Of a stretch of DNA of 11,477 bases, positions 1 to 7,048 are shown one piece after another. The translations under genes were made by a program, and so were the position numbers. This DNA is from Armatimonadota bacterium (GTDB lineage: Bacteria > Armatimonadota > UBA10988): positions 1-11,477 of the forward strand of contig JACRKZ010000179.1 of assembly GCA_016235455.1 (NCBI GenBank). Direction: 5' to 3'. Under the pieces are notes generated by a model. The model did not search any database. It worked only from the letters and a program-made list of their open reading frames with translations, and was not told the origin of the DNA. Position 1 is the stretch's first letter. Each line of letters starts with the position of its first letter.

Positions 1-269
1 AACCGGGGCGGCACGCAGTCGGCCAACGCCTGCCAGCGCAACCGGACGATGGCTTCCAGAGCGTTGTAGCGCAGCAGGGGTGACCGGTCCACGGTGGCCG
101 CGGCCACGAAGGCGGCCCACTCGGGCTGGTCCATCGCGCTCTTGGGCAGGAACGTGAGCGCCGCCCACCGCAGCCGGTGGTCTCGTGAGGTCAGGGCGAG
201 CTGCATGGTCGGCCCGATCAGGTCGGGCCGCTCGGCCTGCTCTGCTTCGATGACTTCGTACGGGCTCAT
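1..269 (-). CDS. Partial CDS (runs off the left edge), possible HEAT-repeat-like helical protein
   Basis: Manual translation from ATG at 269: MSPYEVIEAEQAERPDLIGPTMQLALTSRDHRLRWAALTFLPKSAMDQPEWAAFVAAATVDRSPLLRYNALEAIVRLRWQALADCVPPR..., open to the edge. It overlaps the upstream stop as ATGA (266-269). Two segments resemble HEAT repeats (LTSRDHRLRWAALTFL; TVDRSPLLRYNALEAI). Not in the ORF track. Confidence 0.65.
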   Translation of the reverse strand, partial: MSPYEVIEAEQAERPDLIGPTMQLALTSRDHRLRWAALTFLPKSAMDQPEWAAFVAAATVDRSPLLRYNALEAIVRLRWQALADCVPPR

Positions 270-406
270 TGCGTCAGCTCGTTGACCATCCCTGTGTACT
301 GTGCCAGGCCGTGGGTGACCACATACCAGACGACGACCGCGAGGATGACGATGCGGGCGATCTGCACGCCCACGCTGATGCGCTTTGGGTTGATGCCGCG
401 TTTCAT
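266..406 (-). CDS. 46-aa small single-pass membrane protein
   Basis: MKRGINPKRISVGVQIARIVILAVVVWYVVTHGLAQYTGMVNELTQ. GGGAGA SD lies just upstream of ATG 406. Basic N-terminus then a hydrophobic helix; GC3-rich codons; TGA overlaps the next ATG. An alternative in-frame ATG at 433 lacks an obvious SD. Confidence 0.7.
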   Translation of the reverse strand: MKRGINPKRISVGVQIARIVILAVVVWYVVTHGLAQYTGMVNELTQ

Positions 407-435
407 GGCCGATCTCCCTGCATTGAGCGTCATGC

Positions 436-3303
436 TCAGTCGTTCTCGGTCAGCCAGGCCTCACTGACCACCACATTGGCGCCGCCTTCGCGCGCGATGG
501 TGATGTTGGCCTGCCCCGAGCCGGTCAGGTCGGCCGGGATCTGCACGGTCACGGTGGCCGCCCGTTGCCGGTCGCGGGTCCAATTGGGCAGGTCGGTGGC
601 CGGCAGCAGGACCCGGCGGCTCTTGTCGGGCAGCACGGCCCCCACGCTCTGCCGGCGGGACGCGGCGTTGTAGTCCCACCAGCAGAGCACCAGGTCGTAG
701 CGCCTGGCCGGGTCGAGCCCCTTGGCCGCCAGACGCAGTGCCGCCTCGTCCCAGGCCAGCGTGCGCTGGGTGTCGAGCACGTCCGGTATGCCGCGCAGCA
801 CATCGTCGCTCCAGCCCTGGCCGTTGAGCCATAGCAGTCGCGGGCCGGGCTCGGCGCCGTCGGTCAGGGTCAGGCCGCCGGCCAGGTAGGCGACCAGTCG
901 CCGGCCGGCGGGCAGGCTCGCCGCCAGGTCTCGCCGCCGGGCCGCGATGGCCGCGAGGTCGGCGGCGCTCGGCTCGCGCAGGGCCCTGGCGACCACCTCG
1001 GGCAGCACGATCTCGTCCCACCCGCCATAGAACGGCGCGTTGCAGTCGATCCAGGCGGTGATGGCCAGCATGTCGTCCGGGCTCAGCGTCACGCCGTGAT
1101 GGCCCGCGCGCAACAGCTTGAGCAGCGGGCTGGCGCCCGAGCCCACGGCATAGGGCGCCAACGGCAGCTTGGGGCCGCCATAGCCGCCGACCTTGATGTA
1201 GCTGACGTGCTTCAGAAGGGATAGGAACGAGTCGGTGACGGCATGCTGGGGGCCTTGGTCGGCGTCCAGGGGTGCCGGCGCCGCGCGCCAGGTGGTGGCG
1301 CGGAGGTCGACGCTGTGCTCGCGCTGGTCGGTCTGGCCGTCGTGGCAGCGTACGCAGGCCCGGTCGAGCACCGGCTGCACGACGCGCTGGTAGCTGAACC
1401 CGTCCGTGCCCCACGGCGGTGGCGTGAGGGTCGACGGCGCACGTCGGGCCGCGAGCGACGGCCGCGAGGGAGGCGCCGTCGCGTAGTCCTCGTGGCAGCC
1501 GACGCAGCTCTGCTGCTCGCCGGGCTGAAGGTTGAGGTAGTTGCGCATCCGCCGCACCTCGAGCCCGTTGGCATCGATGGCTTCGAGGAACAGCATCTGG
1601 CCGGCAGGCACCTGGAGATGGGCGGAGCCGTCGGGCTCGACGGGCGCCTCGCCCAACACGCCGCGCACATCCCAGCCGCAGCCCGCGCCGACATCGACGC
1701 GCTGGGGCACGGTGTGCTCGGTCTTGGGGAAGACGCGCAGCACGCGTAGCGACTTGACCGAGCCGCGCGGCACGCCGGGCAGGCCGCGGTAGATGTCGCT
1801 CACCAGCAGTGTGCCCGGCGTGCTCGGGTCGACGCCGCGCACGCGGTCGGGCAGGACGCGTGGTACTGGCCGCGGGCGCACCGGCAGCGGCGCGTAGCAC
1901 GAGGCGTCGGGCGCGCGGTAGAGCAGTTCGCGGTTGCCCCAGACATCCTGCAGGTACAGCCCATAGCCGGTCGGTGCGCCGTTGTAGGCCTCGGGCGACC
2001 AGCACACGAGGAACTGCGTGCGGCTCAGCGGATAGGGCGCGGCATACCAGCCGGTGGCGTTGTGGGTGTTGCTGACCGCGGGGATCGGGCTTGAGGCCGG
2101 CTGGCAGCGTTCGTCCTGGCCGACGGCCTCGGGATAGCCTATCTCCGGCGTCAGGTTGGTCAGACCCGACAGCGCGCCGCGGCTCTGGGCCAGGTCGACC
2201 AGCATGATCGGCCCGGCGCCGGTGTTGTGATGGGCCGAGCCGGTGGCCATGACCAGGCTGGTGCCGGGCACCTGCCGCGCCTCATACAGGCCGATGGGCC
2301 CGAGGCTGTGGGCATACCAGTCGCCATAGGCCAACTGCGCGCGCGTGCCGTCGGGATGCACGGTCCACAACTGCTGGATGACGTTGTAGCCCTTCATCAC
2401 GTAGTCCCAGCGCGTATAGAGGATCCGCCCGTCGGCCAGCAGGCTGGGGTAGAACTCGCCTTCCTGGGGCTCGGTGATGCGGCGCGCGTCGCTGCCGTCG
2501 GCGTTGACCGAGTGGATGCCGCAGACCAGCGCCCAGTCGCCACACTGCACCAGCCGGCCATCGCGCGAGGAGGCGAAGGCGATGCGCCCGTCGGGCAGCC
2601 AGCAGGGCTCGGTGTCCTCGGCGGCGGGCGTGTCGGTCAGTTGCGCCGGCGTGCCACCGTCGATGCCCACGGTGTAGAGGTCGTACATGCCGCATGGCCC
2701 GCCGCGCACGCCGGGCTCGCCGTAGCCGTAGCCGGTGGCGGGCCGACGCGGCCGCGCGTACGGGAAGACGATGCGCTGTCCGTCGAACGACAGGTCGGGC
2801 CGGCCGATGCCACCGGCGGCGAACTCGCCGGCCAGCAGGTCACGCACCCGCGGCTCGCCCCGCCAGCCGCTGACCACGCACAGATTGGCGCCCGGCGTCT
2901 GCGCCTCGCCCACGCGGTGCGAGCACTGGTGGTTCCAGCCGGGCCACTGCCGGCGGACGAAGAGGATCTGCTCGTAATCCAGCGCCGGGCTGGCCAGCGC
3001 CGCCTCGCGCAGCGCCCAGCGCGTGCGCCGGTAGCGGTCGAGGACCGGTCCCGCGGCATCGCGCTCGACGGTGTCGAACACGGCGCGCGCCGTGGCGGCC
3101 TGCGGCAGGTCGCCGAGGCTGTCGAGTAGTTTGCGGCCACGTGTGAGCAGCGCGGCGAGCGCGGCCGGGCTGTCGGCCGGGCGCTGCCAGGTGACCTGCT
3201 CGCCGCGCAGCCAGTCGGCCTCGATGCGATCGCGCGCCGGCTGCGCGCACGCCACCGTACTGGCTAGAACCACCGTCGCCGCCAACCAGCGCCAGATGTG
3301 CAT
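436..3303 (-). CDS. Secreted HzsA-related protein (955 aa): TolB/PD40-like beta-propeller, hydrazine synthase alpha middle-domain-like region, two c-type haem motifs, extra C-terminal beta-sandwich
   Basis: Signal peptide MHIWRWLAATVVLASTVACA. Propeller motifs PDLSFDGQRIVF, DTEPCWLPDGRIAFASSR, PSLLADGRILYTRWDY. HZS-alpha-middle-like segment GEAPVEPDGSAHLQVPAG...QPGEQQSCVGCHE. Haem motifs CVGCH (1492-1506) and CVRCH (1342-1356), plus WIDCNAPFYG. Start moved from 3438 to ATG 3303 because of the signal peptide and the paralogous start at 5466. Confidence 0.85.
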   Translation of the reverse strand: MHIWRWLAATVVLASTVACAQPARDRIEADWLRGEQVTWQRPADSPAALAALLTRGRKLLDSLGDLPQAATARAVFDTVERDAAGPVLDRYRRTRWALREAALASPALDYEQILFVRRQWPGWNHQCSHRVGEAQTPGANLCVVSGWRGEPRVRDLLAGEFAAGGIGRPDLSFDGQRIVFPYARPRRPATGYGYGEPGVRGGPCGMYDLYTVGIDGGTPAQLTDTPAAEDTEPCWLPDGRIAFASSRDGRLVQCGDWALVCGIHSVNADGSDARRITEPQEGEFYPSLLADGRILYTRWDYVMKGYNVIQQLWTVHPDGTRAQLAYGDWYAHSLGPIGLYEARQVPGTSLVMATGSAHHNTGAGPIMLVDLAQSRGALSGLTNLTPEIGYPEAVGQDERCQPASSPIPAVSNTHNATGWYAAPYPLSRTQFLVCWSPEAYNGAPTGYGLYLQDVWGNRELLYRAPDASCYAPLPVRPRPVPRVLPDRVRGVDPSTPGTLLVSDIYRGLPGVPRGSVKSLRVLRVFPKTEHTVPQRVDVGAGCGWDVRGVLGEAPVEPDGSAHLQVPAGQMLFLEAIDANGLEVRRMRNYLNLQPGEQQSCVGCHEDYATAPPSRPSLAARRAPSTLTPPPWGTDGFSYQRVVQPVLDRACVRCHDGQTDQREHSVDLRATTWRAAPAPLDADQGPQHAVTDSFLSLLKHVSYIKVGGYGGPKLPLAPYAVGSGASPLLKLLRAGHHGVTLSPDDMLAITAWIDCNAPFYGGWDEIVLPEVVARALREPSAADLAAIAARRRDLAASLPAGRRLVAYLAGGLTLTDGAEPGPRLLWLNGQGWSDDVLRGIPDVLDTQRTLAWDEAALRLAAKGLDPARRYDLVLCWWDYNAASRRQSVGAVLPDKSRRVLLPATDLPNWTRDRQRAATVTVQIPADLTGSGQANITIAREGGANVVVSEAWLTEND

Positions 3304-3328
3304 CAGTTGTCCCGCTGCCGGCGGCGAT

Positions 3329-3355
3329 GTTCGCCGTGGCGAGGCCCGCACCTGC
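3329..3355 (-). promoter_or_regulatory. Putative SigH-like promoter of the HzsA-like gene
   Basis: GCAGGT-N17-GAAC on the minus strand, ending 25 nt upstream of ATG 3303. The same architecture occurs at 5494-5520 and 5521-5548. Confidence 0.45.
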
Positions 3356-3373
3356 GCCGGCCACGCCGGTGGG

Positions 3374-3619
3374 TCATGGTGCCGGGTGCAGCAGTTCGGC
3401 GCGCAGGCGCAGGATGCTGTCGCGGTCCAGGCGTTCACCCTTGAACGGGATGCGCGTGACCGGCGTGCGGCCAGCGGCGACCTCCGCCTTCAGGTACTCG
3501 TCGATGCGCATCCAGCGGATCTCGGCGAAGGTTCGGTCGCGCCGCGCGTAGTCGCGGCGGTCCTCTTCGGCGAACGTGCCGACGACCAGCATGACCGGGC
3601 CGTTCTGGCCGGCTCGCAC
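3374..3619 (-). pseudogene. Orphan coding fragment (probable 3' remnant of a lost gene) or small hypothetical protein
   Basis: Strong GC3 codon bias and protein-like sequence (MLVVGTFAEEDRRDYARRDRTFAEIRWMRIDEYLKAEVAAGRTPVTRIPFKGERLDRDSILRLRAELLHPAP). It fills the intergenic gap. No SD before GTG 3619 or ATG 3592; GTG 3619 lies 5 nt after the oxidoreductase stop. Confidence 0.45.
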
Positions 3620-3624
3620 TCGCC

Positions 3625-5232
3625 CTATGGCCGCGGCGTCCAGTCAACGGGCAACCCGCTCGCCTCAAGTGCCGCCCGCAACTTCGCATAGGCGACTTCC
3701 TGAACAGGGACGCGCTCTGCGATGCCGATGGAGGCGGCCAGCGCGGCGGCCTGCCCCAGTTCCATGAAGACCGGTTCCATGCGGATTGAACCGTGCGCGA
3801 CGTGCGTGGCCGACAAGCAGACCGGCACGAGCAGGTTCTCGCACTCCCCGACCCGTGGCACGATGCTGCGGTAGGAGATGCCGTATGGATGCGGCGGCAC
3901 TTGCCAGATCACGCCGTCCCGCTCGGCAAAACCCGCTGCCGTGACGAAGTACCGCACGGCGTGCGAGTCCATGCCGAAGCTGGCGAGCGCGATCGGCTCG
4001 GGCGCGCTGCGCTGGGCCTTGCAGTCGGCCTCGGTCATCACGTAGTCGCTCACCATCCGGCGGGCCTCGCGGATGTAGAGCATCGGCGGCCAACCGGCGT
4101 TGCCGGCAAACTCGTCCCTGCAGAGACCGTAGCGGGCGGCTTGCTGGCGGATCACCTCTGGCACGCGCGGGTGATTGGCCAACGTCCAAAGATGGCCGCG
4201 GATGTAGAACTCGTGCTGCTGCTCAATCCGTCGACGCGTGTCGTCATCGGCTTCGGGGTAGTCCCAGTTCGCGCCGACGAAATCGGTGCCGACGGCGTGC
4301 ATCGAGTTCCAGTCTACTTTGCCGGCCGGCAGCTTATGAATCAACGCCGGCAAGCGCAGATCGCCAGCCTCGAAGTTGCGCAGCAGCAACTCGTGATCGG
4401 CCTCCCGGTAGCCAGCGGGCTGCTCGATGGGCAGCCGGTTGGCGACCTCGGTGGTCATACAGAGCCGGTAGTTGTAGGCTTGGATGCGGTGGTCGCCCTC
4501 GCCGTCGACGGGCTGGGCGGCGTGGATGCCCGGCAGCAGGCCGCTGGCCGGGTTGCCGGGTTGGATGTAGGGGTCAACCTTCCGGATGAAATGGTCCTTG
4601 TCGCCTTGCGTGTAGTGCGTGCGCGGCTTGGTGTCGCCGCGCTGGGCGCCGTTGAGTGTCTCGCCGTAGCGCGCGTTGCCTTCGCGTCCGACGGTGTAGC
4701 TGACCCCTGCCGCGGCCATCAGATCGCCGGTGTAGCTGGCGTCAATGAAAATCCGTCCGCGATATGTCTTGCCCGACAAGGTGGAGATGGCGACGATGCG
4801 GCGGCCCTGTTGCCTTACGCCGGTTCTGCGGTCGAGTTGTTCGTTCAGCGCCACCTCGACCTTGGACTCGCTCACCAGCGCGTCGATCTGCTGTTGGGCG
4901 ACATGCGGCTCGAAGTAATCGACGTAGGTCTGCCCGTAGTGGCGGCCGATGCGCTGATAGAGTTCGCGCGCGATGCCGCCCACCGCGTCGCGGTGGAAGA
5001 TGTCGCTCGCCGACAGTCCGCTGCACGTCATGCCGCCGAGGAAGCCGGTCGAGTTCACCAGCACGACGCTCAATCCCGAGCGTTGGGCTTGGACGGCGGC
5101 GCTTACCGCCGCTGCCGAATCACCATAGACGACCAGATCGTAGGTACCCTCCGGCGCGTTCGGCACTGGCTCCACGGCCTGAATGGCGGCCAATGGTGCC
5201 AGCAGCAGGGATGTGAGGGCGATCGTACGCAT
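3625..5232 (-). CDS. Secreted FAD-dependent oxidoreductase (FAD_oxidored family, 535 aa)
   Basis: Signal peptide; AGGAG SD. Family motifs DLVVYGDSAAAVSAAVQA, LGGMTCSGL, FEPHVA, FIDASYTGDLMAAAGVSYTVGRE, IQAYNYRLC, LYIREARRM, NLLVPVCLSATHVAHGSIRMEPVFMELGQAA. Confidence 0.92.
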   Translation of the reverse strand: MRTIALTSLLLAPLAAIQAVEPVPNAPEGTYDLVVYGDSAAAVSAAVQAQRSGLSVVLVNSTGFLGGMTCSGLSASDIFHRDAVGGIARELYQRIGRHYGQTYVDYFEPHVAQQQIDALVSESKVEVALNEQLDRRTGVRQQGRRIVAISTLSGKTYRGRIFIDASYTGDLMAAAGVSYTVGREGNARYGETLNGAQRGDTKPRTHYTQGDKDHFIRKVDPYIQPGNPASGLLPGIHAAQPVDGEGDHRIQAYNYRLCMTTEVANRLPIEQPAGYREADHELLLRNFEAGDLRLPALIHKLPAGKVDWNSMHAVGTDFVGANWDYPEADDDTRRRIEQQHEFYIRGHLWTLANHPRVPEVIRQQAARYGLCRDEFAGNAGWPPMLYIREARRMVSDYVMTEADCKAQRSAPEPIALASFGMDSHAVRYFVTAAGFAERDGVIWQVPPHPYGISYRSIVPRVGECENLLVPVCLSATHVAHGSIRMEPVFMELGQAAALAASIGIAERVPVQEVAYAKLRAALEASGLPVDWTPRP

Positions 5233-5244
5233 TGGCGTCTCCTG

Positions 5245-5466
5245 TCACTTGGCGGGGGAGCGCAAGCGGAACTCCTCGATCGTCGGGACCTGGCCATCGA
5301 GCGCCGGGCTTGCCAGCGGCGGCCCGCGCAACGCCCGGCTCTGCCAGGTGACCTGTTCGCCGCGCAGCCATCCGGCTTCGATGCGCTCGCGCACCGCCGG
5401 GCTGAGCTCGGCGGCGTAGAGGCCGATCGAGACGAGCGCCATCGGCAGCCAACGCCACATCCTCAT
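5245..5466 (-). pseudogene. Truncated, internally deleted paralog of the N-terminus of the HzsA-like gene (73-aa ORF)
   Basis: MRMWRWL...RERIEAGWLRGEQVTWQ-SR-ALRGPPLASPALD matches MHIWRWL...RDRIEADWLRGEQVTWQ...ALREAALASPALD. By manual alignment, 5341-5392 vs 3184-3235 is 47/52 identical and 5296-5336 vs 2977-3017 is 35/41, with an in-frame 162-nt gap between the blocks. Confidence 0.75.
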
Positions 5467-5493
5467 CGAGCATCCTCGCGGCAGCGGCAATGA

Positions 5494-5548
5494 CTTCGCC
5501 AAGGAGCGCGGCTGTCCTCGGCAGGAGTGCCGCGTTAGGAGAGCGAAC
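5494..5548. promoter_or_regulatory. Back-to-back divergent SigH-like promoters
   Basis: Minus strand: AGGA (5518-5515)-N17-GAAG (5497-5494). Plus strand: GCAGGA (5521-5526)-N18-GAAC (5545-5548). Confidence 0.45.
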
Positions 5549-5572
5549 GTAGTCCTCCGTGGAGTGCCGCCC

Positions 5573-7012
5573 ATGCCCACCCGTCGAGAGTTCCTGGGAC
5601 AGTCCTTCTTCGCCGCCGCCGCGGCTGCCGCCGCTTCGGCCCAGCCCGCGCGCCGGCCGCCCAATGTCGTGCTCATCCTGGCCGACGACCTGGGCTGGGC
5701 CGATCTGGGCTGCACCGGCAGCGACTTCTACGAGACGCCGCATCTCGACCGCCTGGCCAGCGCGGGCGTGCGCTTCACCAACGGGTATGCCACCTGCCCC
5801 GTGTGCAGCCCCAGCCGGGCCAGCCTGCAGACCGGCAAATACCCTCAGCGCGTGGGCATCACCGACTACATCGGCGCGGCTCAGCCGGATAGGTGGCCGC
5901 GGCCGACGCCGCTGTTGCCCGCGCCGTATCGCGAGCAGTTGCCGCTGGAGGAGGTGACGCTGGCCGAGGCGTTTGGCGCGGCGGGCTATGCCACCGGATT
6001 CTTCGGCAAGTGGCACCTGGGCGAGGCCGGGTTCTGGCCCGAGCAGCAGGGCTATCAGGTCAATCGCGGCGGCTGCGGCAAGGGTGCCTGCCCGCATACG
6101 CCGCCGTACATGCTGCCCAACCTGCCCGACGGGCCGAAGGACGAGTATCTGGCCGACCGGCTGACCGATGAGGCGCTGGCCTTCATGGAGCAGCATCGGG
6201 CCGGGCCGTTCCTGTCGCTGATCACCCATTACGATGTCCATACGCCGCTGACCAGCAAGCCCGATGTTGTGGCCAAGTACCGCGCCAAGTCGGCGGCGCT
6301 GGGCTTGACGCCCGACCAGCGCTTCCGGCCCGAAGGCGCCTCGCGTGACCGGCGACGCCAGGATCATGCGGTCTATGCCGCCATGATGGCCTGCCTCGAC
6401 GACACCGTGGGCCGCGTCATGGGCCGGCTGGAGGCGCTGGGCATCGCCGACGAGACCATCGTGGTCTTCACCAGCGACAACGGCGGCCTGTCCACCAGCG
6501 AGGGTACGCCAACTTCCAACGCGCCGCTGCGCGCGGGCAAGGGCTGGCTGTATGAGGGCGGCGTGCGCGTGCCGCTGCTGATCCGCGCGCCGGGCCGCTG
6601 CAAGCCGGGTCTGGTCAGCGATGTGCCGATGACCACCTGTGACCTGTACCCGACGCTGCTGGCGCTGTGCGGCCAGAAGCTGCGTCCCGAGCAGCATCGG
6701 GACGGCGTGAACATGGCCGCGGCGCTGACCGGTGGCATGGTGCCGGGTCGGCCGCTGTTCTGGCATTATCCGCACTATGGTAACCAAGGCGGCCGGCCCG
6801 GCGGCGCGGTGCGGCATGGGCAGTACAAGCTGATCGAATGGTATGGCGAACCCAAGCCCGAACTGTTCGACTTGCTGGCCGATCCCGGTGAGAGCCGCAA
6901 CATCGCCGAGCGGGAGCCGAAGCTGGCGGTGCAGCTCCAGGGCGAGCTGGCCCGCTGGCGCCGTGACGTCGGCGCGCGCATGCCCACGCCGAACCCCAAG
7001 GCGGCGCCTTAG
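5573..7012 (+). CDS. Tat-exported formylglycine-dependent (S1) sulfatase, arylsulfatase A-like, 479 aa
   Basis: Tat signal MPTRREFL followed by an Ala-rich h-region; GGAG SD at 5561-5564. Motifs NVVLILADDLG, catalytic CSPSRASLQTGKYP (Cys at 5804-5806), GYATGFFGKWHLG, FTSDNGG, KGWLYEGGVRVP, ELFDLLADPGE. Confidence 0.96.
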   Translation: MPTRREFLGQSFFAAAAAAAASAQPARRPPNVVLILADDLGWADLGCTGSDFYETPHLDRLASAGVRFTNGYATCPVCSPSRASLQTGKYPQRVGITDYIGAAQPDRWPRPTPLLPAPYREQLPLEEVTLAEAFGAAGYATGFFGKWHLGEAGFWPEQQGYQVNRGGCGKGACPHTPPYMLPNLPDGPKDEYLADRLTDEALAFMEQHRAGPFLSLITHYDVHTPLTSKPDVVAKYRAKSAALGLTPDQRFRPEGASRDRRRQDHAVYAAMMACLDDTVGRVMGRLEALGIADETIVVFTSDNGGLSTSEGTPTSNAPLRAGKGWLYEGGVRVPLLIRAPGRCKPGLVSDVPMTTCDLYPTLLALCGQKLRPEQHRDGVNMAAALTGGMVPGRPLFWHYPHYGNQGGRPGGAVRHGQYKLIEWYGEPKPELFDLLADPGESRNIAEREPKLAVQLQGELARWRRDVGARMPTPNPKAAP

Positions 7013-7048
7013 CCCAAGGCGGCGCCTTAGCCCAAGGCGGCGCGCTAG
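6995..7048. repeat. 3 x 18-bp tandem repeat CCCAAGGCGGCGCCTTAG, possible bidirectional terminator hairpin
   Basis: Units 6995-7012 and 7013-7030 are identical; 7031-7048 has 2 mismatches. Each perfect unit contains the palindrome AAGGCG-G-CGCCTT. The array includes the stop codons of both convergent genes. Confidence 0.9.

Noticed and set aside
436-3303. True anammox hydrazine synthase alpha subunit (hzsA)
   Set aside because: No hzsB/hzsC neighbours in the window, an extra C-terminal domain, and a very high-GC heterotroph-like context; only domain-level similarity is supported.
3304-3438. 45-aa N-terminal extension given in the ORF track
   Set aside because: It overlaps the 3374-3619 fragment, would bury the signal peptide, and the paralog copy starts at the position equivalent to 3303.
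5524-5570. 10-bp direct repeat GGAGTGCCGC (5524-5533 and 5561-5570)
   Set aside because: Short and GC-rich, and the copies coincide with the putative -35 and the SD; there is not enough support for a separate element.
5611-5634. (GCC)n-like microsatellite
   Set aside because: It encodes the poly-Ala h-region of the Tat signal peptide.
6995-7048. Mini CRISPR array
   Set aside because: Units are contiguous with no spacers, only 18 bp long, and there are no cas genes.
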